Source: Callorhinchus milii
Taxonomy: Eukaryota
Length of the DNA stretch: 64,000 nt
Assembly (NCBI RefSeq): GCF_018977255.1
Contig: NW_024704743.1
Location: 17,486,001 to 17,550,000, forward strand
Direction of reading: 5' to 3'
The translations under genes and the position numbers were made by a program. The notes under the pieces are model-generated. The model saw only the letters and a list, made by a program, of their open reading frames with translations, was not told the origin of the DNA and searched no databases. Below, in pieces: positions 11,966 to 24,982 of the stretch (position 1 is the stretch's first letter; every line of letters begins with the position of its first letter).

Positions 11966-13189
11966 TGCAATATCATTCTTTTCAGATTATTGGAAAAAAA
12001 TTCTTCCTGTTTTTTTTGCTCCAATGTCATGCTGGCCTGTCGTAACCTCTATCTCAATGATTTCTGAGGTATAGGATGGCCTGTTTAAAGTAGTGATTTA
12101 AAGCCACAAACTCAATCTATGTTATTCAAAAATGGCATTGATCAGCATTTTAGGTTGCTCCTGACGTCACATTAAGTGTAGGATGGTGTTCAATACAATA
12201 CAAACTTACATTTATATAGTACCATCTCCCAAGGACATCAGTGTACCGTGCTTCTGGTATAGCGTGATCCACAGTAAACATAGTCCTGGCTCATAATCAA
12301 TACAGTGCACGTTGTTGGAAGTGACGTTTTTCAGATGAGACATTGAACTGAGATTCTGTCTGCCTGTTCATGTGGACGTCAAAGATCCATGGCACAATTC
12401 AAAAAGAGAACAGAGTTTCTCTGCCCTAGCCAATAATCCCTCAAAATAAAACTGGGCAGTCACTCTGTGGTTGTTTGTGGGACGTTGCTGTCGCAAATTG
12501 GCTGCCACGTTCGCCTACAAAAATATACATTCACAACACTTTATACAATAAATCCTATTGAGCACTTTGAGACATCTTCCTGATGTGATAGGTACTATAT
12601 CAAAGGCACTATATCAAATGCAAGAATGATTATTATTATAAAATGTCTGGTTTTGGGTCACCAGGTGGTTACTGACAACACTTTCTCCTTTGTTCATCAG
12701 CAGCAAAGAGGAAGTGACTTCAGTGATGGCACCATGAATTGGAAGTTGGCTGTTTTTCTTGTAGCACAGGAGCTGGTGAACTCCTGGGGAGCGAGCGGTT
12801 TCCATCCTAGGAAATTCCTATATTTATTTGGAAAGAAACAGTCTTATTACCAAGTCTAAAACCACCAACTCTTTGGGGATTATCCAGCCTAGCTTGACTT
12901 GCAAAATGCAATTTTGTGTTTTGCAGAAACCAGATTGAAATTCTGTCCAATATACAGAACTTTTTTCAGAATTTCTGCAGCAAATTTGATTTGGAACACG
13001 CTACAGCATATCTTATCGTGTGATAAATGTTTTCTAATGATCCAAGTTCTTCAAAAATCAATTTGGAATCCATGATAAAAGGTAAAGCAACTTGTCACCT
13101 GGAGAAAGGGAGTATAATTAGGGCTTCTGTGTTTTGGAACTTTTTTTATCAGTGTTTATCAGTTAAAACCGAAAATCAGAAGCCCTAAA

Positions 13190-13340
13190 TATAATTAAGA
13201 GCAACCACCAAGCGTTTATGAAAGGGAAGTCATGCTTGAAACCTTATCAAATTCTTTCAAGATGTAATTAATAAAATAGACAAGGGAAATGCAGTGAATG
13301 TTATGCATCTTGGCCTTTGATAAAGTGCCACATGAGGCCC
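13190..13340 (+). mobile_element. CR1 RT fragment
   Basis: aaagggaagtcatgc...gcctttgataaagtgccacatgag (GKSC...AFDKVPH motif). Confidence 0.7.
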
Positions 13341-13544
13341 ATGACTTGGGCCAATAGAAAAGTGCGGTCGCAATTTTTCAGCGCAATCTGCTATAAACCC
13401 GCTTTAAAATGAAGTTTCTGGCCCCGGGCCTCTCGTGATGTTTAGCCAACGTCTCTGTGTGCAGAGTGGCTCCAGAAGCGCACGCCCAGTGCGGCACAAG
13501 CAGGAACTGGGCTTCACTCCACTCGGAGGACCCCCTGTTGAGAT

Positions 13545-13576
13545 TGTCTGTGTGTCTCTGTGTTTGTGAGGGTCTA

Positions 13577-13612
<36 letters not shown>

Positions 13613-13725
13613 TCTGTTTGTGAGTGTCTCTAAGCGAGTGTGTGTATTTTGTGTGTGTCTCTCTCTCTCTCTCTGTGCCTGTGAGTGTGTGTGTGAATGT
13701 GTTTATGTCTCTCTGTCGCTGTGTA
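13545..13725 (+). repeat. (TG)n/(TC)n compound microsatellite
   Basis: Directly visible. Confidence 0.95.
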
Positions 13726-13964
13726 TGGTGCAGGGCCCTGGGAGGCAGGAGGTGGTGAACTTCTGTAGCCGTGCAGTCAGGACACTGGTCCTGAGTGCGT
13801 TGTTTGGTGGATCGCCAGGCCCTTTCGGCCTGAGCTGCTGTTGTCCACCTCCCCTCCCCCTACCCCGACCCACAAATGGGAATCCCCAGTTTTTGTTAAA
13901 GACGAAATTAATAATTTGGGGCAAATATTTCCACATTTTTGTATTGGCCCAGCTCTTGACTCTC

Positions 13965-14090
13965 TTACATCTATGTCTTCTCATCACTGACTCCCCTACC
14001 AGTGGAAATAGCTTCCACCTATTTACCCTGTCACAACCCCTCATAATTTTGTATACTTCTTTCATGTTGCCGCCTCAAGCTCTCTGCTGA
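13965..14090 (-). mobile_element. CR1 3' fragment
   Basis: MKEVYKIMRGCDRVNRWKLFPLVGES on minus. Confidence 0.75.
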
Positions 14091-16254
14091 CCTAATTTCA
14101 GAGAGTATTAGGCTCAGGTTTGCAAGAGCCAAGGCTTGGGGACCCCAGAGTGTGCATTAGGATGCTGCTAGAGTTTAACCACAGCTAAAACCACATTAAC
14201 TTGCCATTGAAAGTACTGTCTGTCAAGTTTAATAACCCTATAATCTTACATTTAATACAGTGCCTTTCATGTTGGAAAGTTTTAATGGCTCATTGTCATC
14301 TGAATCAACGTCCTGATGCTTGTCCAGCTGGGAACACCCTACCCATGAGGGCTTTGGCTTGCAGAATTAATTGGAACTGAGTGGGAGGAATCTTTGACCA
14401 AATAATCTGTCTGTCTTTCCCTCCAGCTGCCGTTGATGAGTCAGGTTGACTTGTCTGTCATTGTGAAGTCAACTCATGTCTCATTCCAATGGAATAATTG
14501 GTAACTGCTTATGAACTTTCTAAACATAGTTCTGATGTATGAAACTATTACATCCACATATTTTTGAGTTTTTCTACAATGTACCTGTATAACATGCAAA
14601 GTAATTCAATATTTAGTCATTGGTTAGTGTGCAAAAGGTTGTCATTCCAAGTCGGATGCTGTTTCAGAGATTGCAATCAAGAAGATATTAACCTAAGTAA
14701 ATCTGAAGTGGGCATTTTTAATGCAGACACAGAGCAGTTTTTGTTAATGTCTCCATGTCCCAAAGCAAGTTGTAAAAAGATTAGAATCAATCTTTTTTAA
14801 TGTGTGTGTGAGTGTATGGAACATTAACCCTCTAGCACTTGAAGTAAATGCGGGCTTTGGGAGATCATTGGGAGTTGAACAATCTAGCATTTGGTGATTT
14901 TGTGCTTCAGAAGGGTAGGAAGAGTCAAACGTCCTAAGAATGAAACGTGATGTTGCTGTGAACACTTGGACTCAATGAGCCAATTATCCCTAAGGTACCT
15001 TTCCTGCTGAAAACAAAAACAAGTCAGAAGGATTGTGAAGCCTCACTTGAAGAACATATTTGGTTAAGTGCAGAATATGAAGCTTCAGAACTTATTGAGT
15101 TGTTTAAAAAGAAAACAGACAGACACAATAGCGTAAGTAGATACATAGATATTCTGTGAAGTGCTTTCACATGATAAGGCGCTGCATCAAATGCAAGGAT
15201 TATTATTATTAGAAGTTGAGGATATGGGGAAATGTTATTAAAAAATCTGCCACAGTCTTAAAGCATCTGTAGATCAGGCTTGATGGATCTGTGCCAATGT
15301 AGGAGTAAAAATAATCATCTTTGCCTTTGATGTACTGTCTCTTATCATATCTTTGAAACATTCTCGAAGCGCTTAATAAGATTTATTGTAAACTGTAGTA
15401 ATTGTATATTTCTAGGCAAACCTAGCAGTCAATTTGCGCGTAGCCACTTACCACAAACCGCGATGATGTGAATGACCAATTTTAATTGTAGGATTGTCGG
15501 CCAGAACAGAGTGCAACTGCCAACAAAGACCAAAACAGTCAAATTCATTTGAATTGATTCTCCTCCGGTCAAGAACATTTACTGCCCTTGATGGGGCGAA
15601 CACATTGCCTTTTAGTGATATATTTACTATCAAGAGGAAAACTGCCCTTGTAATTCTCCCCATTTATGATACGTTATTGTATCACATTTAATAAGGCAGT
15701 AAATTTTGCTTTATTTTGGGAGAACGTCAGTCTGTTAGCTGGTGAATGTCTGAATAGCTGTGACCCTGTGTTTGAAATCATAAGAAAACTGAAAACTATC
15801 AATTGGTGCCAAACTCTGCAATGGGCTTGTTCTTGTGAGCTGCTATCACTTGACTGTCAAAGTACATGCACTCAAAGTACATGCACTCACTCCAGTCATA
15901 AGCATAGAGCTGTAGTAGTATTTTGCTTGAGTGAAAGCGTTCCTAAGTGCTTCCTGTCAACTGGTGTGTATAACGGAAACAACACTCCCTGGAATTGGAG
16001 GTAGGTTTTGTTTCAATCTAGAACACTGCCCAGTGTTGTCAACTATCGAGTGCAAATGAACATGTTTGGTGAATCCCCCCTTCCCCCCGCCTTTACTGTT
16101 TGTAGGGGAAAAAGGGAATATTTTAAGGATTGCTCAAATTTTGAAAAATTCAATGTTTTAATTAATTTCTGTTCTGAAGCTTTTAAAATTAATATATTAT
16201 TTTAAAAAAACAAAACTTCTAACCAGAAATCAGCACATTTGTACTTAATGTATT

Positions 16255-16527
16255 ACTAGAAATTTACAGCACAGAAGAAGCCGTTCAGCCCATTGTGTCA
16301 CCTTCAACCTTCACTGTCTTTACCCATCACATGAAGTGATGGGTAAAGACAGTGAGGAGGATTGTAGCAGACTGCAGAAGGACATAGACAGGCTGGTGAA
16401 ATGGGCAGACACATGGCAGATAAAATGTAATGCAGAGAAGTGTGAAGTGATGCATTTTCAGAGGAGGAATGAGGAGAAGCACAACTAGGCAAATGGTCTC
16501 CTTCTGTGCTGTAAGATTCTAGATTCT
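16255..16527. mobile_element. Short CR1 pieces (minus tail at about 16255-16300, plus RT fragment and tail at about 16330-16527)
   Basis: gacagtgaggaggattgtagcagactgcag...aatgcagagaagtgtgaagtgatgcatttt; tail ccttctgtgctgtaagattcta. Confidence 0.8.
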
Positions 16528-17172
16528 AGGACTACATTTCCCGCGATTCAGTGCATCTTGACCCGTCACCACATGGGCACTTACTGACAAAAGTTGGAAT
16601 CGCATTGAATTGCGGGAAATGAAGTTTTTGTGCGATACATTGACAGATGAAGACTAGGTTTCCTGCAAATCAGTGCAGCCAGCCGGGCCGGTAAGTGAGC
16701 ATGTGTCTACAGGACAGGATGTCATTTCCCATGACTCAAGTCCTGTGGCAAGCGTAAGAGTAATAAAGAATAAGGGAATGACATTACGAATTAGGAGGTG
16801 AGTAATACAAGTAGTGTAAATAAATCTAAGTGGTTTTGATAAGAAACTGAATGGGACTTGGGTGAATGTATGGCTCAGGCGTTTATCCGATTTATAAAGA
16901 TAAGACTTATGTGAGTTTTACCATAAATACAAGTTGTTGTATTGGATGAATTGGAGTCCACCGTATTTAATAGTAAGGGGAGGGGATTGTTAAGACCAAT
17001 ACAGAAGAGGACAACTTGGAAGATCGTTGCAGAAAAGATTAATAGAAACTGTGGAACAATCTGCACCAAGATCCTCACACTGTCCATGTAGTGGCTGCAT
17101 TTAAAGAGATTATTAGTATTGAAAGCAAATGAAAATGCTAAACAGTAAAGCAAAGACACAGTATTTTTATGA

Positions 17173-17346
<174 letters not shown>

Positions 17347-17509
17347 TGAATGCATCCTGATAATAATAATAATTCTTACGTTTGATATAGTGCCTTATCA
17401 CGTTGTTGAGATGTCTTAAAGTGCTTCACAAAATTTTGTTCTTTAGTTTGTAAAAATGGAATCACACATTTTCCTATATTAGTTATATATGTCCCAAGGT
17501 TTTCTCAGA

Positions 17510-17910
17510 CTTATTGGGTTCTGTCTGCTGAATACTATCTTATGCTCTAACCTCTGTCTACAAATCCATTCATGCCCTGGCACCTCCCTACGTCTTCGAT
17601 CCGCCACTCCCCGACCCGCTACCTCCGCTCGGCTGGCTCCGGCCTCTTGCTTGTCCCTCATCCCCTCCACTCCACCATTGGTGTTCGTTAATCTTTCAGC
17701 CACCATGTCCCGAAACATTGGCACTCTTTCCCTCAAACCCTCCACCTTGCCCCGTCCTTCCCCATTTTCAGATAACACCTGAAGACCTTCCTCTTCGATC
17801 GTGCTTACGGTAATCTAAACTGGGGCTGTGTAAGGCTCTGCCATTGTTAAGTGTTTGGAGAAGCTACACTGCTTGAAGGGCGCTATATAAATACAAGTTG
17901 TTATTGTTAC
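17510..17910 (+). mobile_element. L2 3' fragment
   Basis: Decayed homology to L2 3' ends (acctgaagaccttcctcttcgatcgtgc...gggcgctatataaatacaagttgtt). Confidence 0.75.
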
Positions 17911-18714
17911 AAAATACATTAATGTTTCAGGTTTCTTACTTTGAGATAATTCAAATGGCCCATTGTTAATCATTTCAGTATTAAATTGTATTATAGTCTC
18001 TGTTGATAGTTTCATTGACTTCCTGTTGGAGAGAGTGATGCTTGGCTGCATTTCCTTTGAGGAAGAGAACAAGACTAGCTATGTTTGTCTGTCTCCCTGG
18101 ATCCACAGATATTCTGACCTCATACCAGAGCAGAGTAGTGTGGATTCATGTGGCTGTCAAAGTATTAAGAAGGAGAAAAATGTACAGTATGAATTATTTT
18201 TATCATACAAATTCTAAGAAAGTTCCAGTCATACCTCTACCTATGTCATATATTGTGATAAGAATAATACACAAACACATATAAACACTTCCTATGTTAT
18301 TTCCATAAAGTATCATTGCAGATTGGATTGAATTAAATTGTTAAGGAATCATAGGGTGTTACCACACAGAAATGGGCCACCATGTTGGTGTTTTTCTCCA
18401 TATGAGCCACTTAATGTAATGCAATTCTCCGTGTCACTCAAGATAGTTACCCAAACAATCTATTTAACTCCATGAAGCAGAACTTCCTTTCCACACATTC
18501 AAACAGTGATGCTTTGAGGGTTAATGTCTGTCTTCAGACAATGTATTGTACATTTAATAGAGTTTGACAATATCTGCTTATAATGGGATATCCACACATG
18601 TCACTCCTCTGTACCTGTTGCATTTGTATTTATTTTCCGTCGTCATGTTGATTTGCTGGAAAGGATGTTATAAATTTAGCTACAAACAAGTGCATCAGAA
18701 CCACAGCTTGAACC

Positions 18715-19062
18715 TTCTCTGACCTGCTGCCTCCCTACCAACCTCCCCACTCCCTCCGTTCATCGAGCGCCGGTCTGCTCCATGTCTCCCGCCCTACCAT
18801 CGGTGGCCAGGCTTTCAGTCTCTCTGCCTCCACACTCCATCTCACAGTCCCTTCGCCTCGCTTCCTCCCTTGCCTCCTTCAAGGCCAGTCTCAAGACCCT
18901 TCTCTTCAACCATGCCTTTGGTCTCCCTCCCACCTCTCTGCCTTCCCTCCCCCCTACACCACCCCTCTCCCATGCTCGGGCCCCGACACGTGACTGTTCA
19001 GCGCTTTGGGACGTCCTCTCGACATGAAAGGATCTATAAATGTAATGTTGTTGTTGTTGTTA
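18715..19062 (+). mobile_element. L2 3' fragment
   Basis: Very similar to 57045-57400. ASSLASFKASLKTLLFNHAF, tail and (TTG)n. Confidence 0.88.
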
Positions 19063-19832
19063 TTAAGAGTTATGAAGAGCAATTTCAGGACAGACACCAG
19101 GAAATGTATCTTTACCCAGAGGACAATCAATGCCTGAAATGGGTTGTTAAGATGCGTAGTTGAGGCGAGGACATTAGATTCATTTAAAAAGAAGCTTGAT
19201 GCTGTAATGGGAAGATGGTAGAGTGGGTGTTCTGGAGGGTTAGGCTGAAGAGCCTTCTTCATTCAAATGAATCATGTGATCAGTGTAAAATAATAATACA
19301 CGCTTCTATAAATTAATGGGAGTTACCTGTTTTTTTCAGAAACACATCCTTCTCCAATGTTCCCCTCTCCAGAAGATGTTCATTTAGGATCAATAGATGT
19401 CTTCGCTCAAGTGACCATAATTCATGTATTTTTAAAAAAATCTGTGTTTGCTAACACTTTCTAAAATTTAGATGTAAATGTTTGGGGTCATTTTCTATAC
19501 AGACAGACTGAGTATTGCAGAAGATGAGAGGAGGAGGAGTTGAAAGATATTGGCTCTGCTGTTAGAAGCTGCCCTGATCAAATTAGTGTGCGTTATTAGT
19601 TGGATTCCAGCAGCAGAAGTTTATTTCTTGTCATTGTAACTATTACCTTGGCAAGACTGCAGCATGTGTTGCCTGAAAGACGTGTATACCACTGACTCCT
19701 ACATGTCTGCTCAGATGTGTCTGGCCCTGTCACCATGTGCAGTTGTTAGTATGATGAACAGAAGAAGACTGCAGCTGCTGATTGAATGAAGTTTAATATT
19801 CCGATGTTTCACTTTTTGCTCTTGTAATTTGA

Positions 19833-19928
<96 letters not shown>

Positions 19929-19986
19929 TGAATTTCAGTGTTCTATAATACCTGCATTACAGCAGTACAAGCAAATAAAGATTCAG

Positions 19987-20337
19987 CGTAAACAAAACAC
20001 AAAATACTGCAGATGCTGGAAATCTGAAACAATAACAGAAGTCGCTGGGGACACTCAGCAGGTCAGGCAGCATCTATGGAGAAAGGAAAGTGAGTCAACG
20101 TTTCAGGTCCACGACCCTTCGTCAGAACCGAGGCATGTTGGCTGACTCAGTTTGCTGACTATTTTAAGACAGTTAATTTGCAAATTTTAAGTTCCAATTA
20201 ACCATCTTAAAGCCTCTCCCTCCCAACATGCCCCAGTTCTGATGAAGGGTCATGGACCCAAAACGTTGACTCACTCTCCTTTCTCCATAGATGCTGCCTG
20301 ACCTGCTGAGTGTCCCCAGCGACTTCTGTTTTTGTTT
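19987..20337. mobile_element. Penelope-like (PLE) derived foldback with inverted pseudo-LTR arms and hammerhead cores
   Basis: Arms at about 20025-20128 and 20236-20338 are inverted. CUGANGA...GAAAC cores present. 15-bp flanking duplication CAAATAAA(G/A)ATTCAG at 19972-19986 and 20338-20352. Confidence 0.75.
20094..20128 (-). ncRNA. Minimal type I hammerhead ribozyme motif
   Basis: GUU-CUGACGA-A-GGGUC(GUG)GACCU-GAAA-CGU-U-GAC: intact core, stem II, palindromic ACGU in place of stem III, 3-bp stem I. Confidence 0.65.
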
Positions 20338-20704
20338 CAAATAAAAATTCAGTTTGGAAGGACTCTTTGGAATAAATAAAACAATTTATCTGCTGCTTGC
20401 CAGTGGTAATGAAAGATGCAAATAAACATTTGTTTCACGAAGCATAAAACTTGTTGAATAAAAAGCCGGTATTAGCTTGACGTGCGCTACAAGGCTTAGA
20501 ATTTCTCATGATCTCAATGAAAACCTTAAAATTTTGGATTCATTCTTAAATTCAGTCTTGATTGCCAAATTTTAATTTCAAAATTAACCACCTTAGACTT
20601 AAAACCATGATAACTGGACTAAAACCCTGTCACTTTTCAGGCCCACAGATCTACCTGCCCAGTGGTTTCATACAGAGCATTAAGTTGGCAATGCCACTGA
20701 GTGA

Positions 20705-20866
<162 letters not shown>

Positions 20867-21366
20867 TAACTGGTTGGATTTATTTTCGGGAATTCTCTTT
20901 CCTTCAATTTAGACTAGATATTATTACAATTTGAGATTTGTGTGCTTTATGAGGAAAGCATGAAAATTGTCTTAATATTTGACCCCACAGCGAGTAAGTC
21001 TAATCGATGGAATAAATTGGCATCTAAAATGCCTTTAACGGCGTGAACGGTGATGGAAAAGCACCTGTGATGTAAAGACCCCTTTCTTTGGGGAACCTCC
21101 GCTGTTTGTCACAGTCATGGACTTTGGCTTCGACCCGAGATCTCATCGGAGCCAAAGCCTTGCAACTCTTAATGCAGTGTAAATGGGTTTCCCTGGAGAA
21201 AACTGTTTCAGTTGCAGGGAAATTGCCAGTCACCATGCAGCAGCTATGAAGTCAGAGCACTGTTTAGATGCCAATATTTTTTCCACCTTCAGGGTTGATG
21301 AACTTGACATTCAGTGTTCTTGGAAAGCAGCCCCAGGAAGCCATTTCTTATTGCAAATGCAATGTG

Positions 21367-21698
21367 GAGTCCTGTAGCTCAGTGTCTAGAGCACTCACCT
21401 CACAAGCGAGAGGACCTGAGTTCGATTACAGGGCAGGGGGAGCATTGGGCAGGTTTCCTTACTCCATGCATCTCTGTTTATGTAGCAGTAAGTAAGAATC
21501 TGACTGTTAGTCAATTGGTGGAATGCTTTCCGGGGTAATAATCCCCCCACCTCCCCCCCACCGTTGTGCACAATTGGCTGCCGTGTTTCTCCCACAAAAT
21601 ATACAGTCAATCCATTTTATAGTATATTCTGTGAAGCACTTTGAGACTTCTCACCTCGTGTTAAGGCACTACATAAAATGTAGGACTATTATTATTAT
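21367..21698 (+). mobile_element. SINE, long subfamily
   Basis: Head ggagtcctgtagctcagtg through tail ggactattattatt. Confidence 0.87.
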
Positions 21699-22483
21699 GT
21701 AATTGAGAGTAAAATGGGGGAAACCTAGTAGCAGAAAATCTATAGCTGCCAAGGAAATATCACACATTGCATCCTACATAGGAAAAGTAAAATACAGAAA
21801 ACATTTCTGCTGCTGACACAAGACGCTTACTTATTTTATTCTAAAATAATCCTTGCATTTAACATATCCTGAGAAAATCTCAAAGTGTTTGTAGGGGTTT
21901 TACTGTGAAGTTTATTGACTATGTGTTTCGTAGGCAAAATGCTATTAGTTATGTATTGCTAGCTGGAACTGAGATGACCACATGATTCATTGATTTCATC
22001 TGAATTATGTCATTCACTTATTTTATAAAATATGTTCAAATCAGATCACCCCTAGAAGTAAATTTGATCTAAAACTCTTCTGTTGCAAATATCAAATTCC
22101 ATGATTTGAATGCAAGTATGGTCCTTCTGTCCCTCTCCCCACCAAGTGCAGGTTTTCTGTCAATTGTGTGAAGTGTTTTGAGACATCCTCTCAACATGAA
22201 AGGCGTAAATTGTTGCCGTATAAAATTCTTGGATTTGAATTACATTAAGATAACTTGGTATGTAACCTACTGTGACCTACTGCATCTAGCAATATTCTTT
22301 CAGGAGCCCAAGCATTCCATGTGAAAATAGCATCTAATAGATTTGGTAACATACTGGAAATCTTGCCCAAGCATACATGTTGTTTGTGTCTCTGTTTGAA
22401 GGAGAACATTAAGATTGTCATTAGTCCCTAAATCCTGTATCTCTACATTTTGTGTATAGATATCAATGTAAAGTAGATAAGAC

Positions 22484-22835
22484 GAGTCCTGTGGCGTAGT
22501 GGTTAGAGCGCTCACCTTGCAAGTGAGAGGACTTGGGTTTGATTCCTGGGCGGGGCGAAACCGTAGGCGAGTGGGCTTAACCCACACGCCTGTTTACCTA
22601 GCAGTAAGTAGGAACCCAGTTGCTAGTCGATAGGTGAATCGCTTTTCGGGTCTAATAATCCCTCCCTCAATCCATGACCGTTTGTGGGACACTGCGGCAC
22701 ACAATTGGCTGCCGCAGTTTCTCCACAAAATAACAGTTAAAGCCACTTTACAATATATTCTGTGAAGCACTTTGAAACGTCACAACAGAATGATAAGGAT
22801 GTATATCAAATGCAAGGATTATTTTTATTCTTATT
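22484..22835 (+). mobile_element. SINE, variant subfamily
   Basis: Same architecture but variant head (gagtcctgtggcgtagtgg) and post-head block cgtaggcgagtgggcttaacccacac. Confidence 0.85.
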
Positions 22836-22892
22836 ATAAATGCTGTGTATATTTTTTTTAAATGTAATAAATATACTTCATAATGAGTCTAA

Positions 22893-23051
<159 letters not shown>

Positions 23052-24273
23052 TAAATTCCTAATCTTCTTCGTTTTGCCAACACCTTGCAATAGCATTACA
23101 GGGTTAAAATCCCAAGGATAAAATAAATAAAATATCCATGGTTCAATAGAAATTCTCAACTCGGTGTGAAATAGCAAAACCTAAACTCTGTTCAGCTTTC
23201 CTTGAGTGTGTGTCCCCTTGCTATGGTTTCTAACCTTCAGTTTAACTAAAAACTTTAAGGATCTTGAACAGTTAAATAGATTTCTGTGCCTTCTCTTCAG
23301 TGTGGCTCTTCCCAGTTTATGTAGCGTCTCCTCATAATGTTAGATACCAAATTCCAGCGATTATTTTAGTTGCTGTTCACAATGACAAAATATCCCTGCT
23401 TAATACAGCAACCAGCAATGCATGCAGAACTCCCCAAAAATCCAGAATTTGAAAAAAAAAANCCTGCAGTGTTCCACGTCCAACCACCCGCTGTTTCCTA
23501 TAATTTAGTCTGTCTTGTATCTGCTCCAGAACCGCTCTCTAGTTTTCCAACCTTGTGGTCTAATTTCCTTATGGCATTGTGTGAAAACATTGTCAAAGTC
23601 AAAATATATAATATATACTAATAAAAATATACAATGTATGATATGTACTAAGATCCTGTTCAGCAGATTTTTCATTCACAAGGCCATGATGAATTCCTCA
23701 TATAATTCTATATTTACACTCCCGCCCCACCGCCCCGCCCCACCGCCCCAATCTATTCAGAGCCTGTTTATTCAGAAGCAGTCACTGTTTAGCTCAGAGC
23801 TATTTCCCACAGGGGTCTGACTTATAAGTGGTAAAGTATTGGGGTGAAATATGTAACCTTTTGTAAACATGAACATTTAACTAATCTAATCCCATTTCTC
23901 TGCTCATTTCCCATAATATTTTTAGATTGTTCTTTTTCAATTGTTTGAATAATTCCCTTTTAGACGTTCTTATGGTCACAGCCTCAATAGCGAGTTGTGG
24001 CAGACCAATTCACACTCTAATTAACATCTTCCCCTTCCTAAGCTTTCTCATTAATAGTTCTGGTTTTATGCATCGTGGTTGCACAAAGAGTAATATTTTA
24101 TTTCTTGCTTAAAATTCTCTGCTAAATGAAATGTGCTTTAATGAGATGAGGGGCTGTTCTATAGGCACATGATAAGTTGAACTTTTTCCAGCTTTCTGTC
24201 TCATTGAGCTAATGTTATAGTTAAATTATAGCTGGTGTTTGGCCTAATCTAATTCATGTTGTGTGGTCTGTGA

Positions 24274-24498
<225 letters not shown>

Positions 24499-24666
24499 TG
24501 ACTTCCCACATGTTTCAGCTCAAAGTTGTGTCCTTCATGTAAGTTGTCAAGCAGAGGTTACAGACTGCTGTCTGCTCCCTCCTTCAACTGAGAGGGATAG
24601 GGGTAGAATTGAATGGCATGTCACTTTGAACCTCTTTCACACTGCTCCACACCCAGGAGCAGATAG

Positions 24667-24982
24667 TAATAACCCTTGCATTTAATATAGCGCTTTATCA
24701 CATCTTCGAGACGTCTCAAAGCGCTTCACAGAATATACTGTAAAGTGAATTGACTGTATATTTTGTGGGCGAAACACAGCAGCCAATTGCACACAGCAGT
24801 GTCCCACAAACAGTCGTGGATTGAGTGACCAATTTATTTTTGAATTTTTTTTGAAAGAATTGTTACCCCCAGAAAAGTGATCCACCAATCGACTGACAAC
24901 CGGGTTCCTACTTACTGCTAGGTAAACAGAGGTATGTGGAGGAAGAAAACTTCACCCTGCCCAGGAATCGAACCCAGGTCTC
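24667..24982 (-). mobile_element. SINE, long subfamily
   Basis: Reverse-complement homology to other copies. Confidence 0.87.

Noticed and set aside
13560..14090. 176-aa ORF
   Set aside because: Made of the TG microsatellite and antisense CR1; no protein signal.
23462..23462. Single N here and at 47757
   Set aside because: Ambiguous bases in homopolymer runs; assembly noise.
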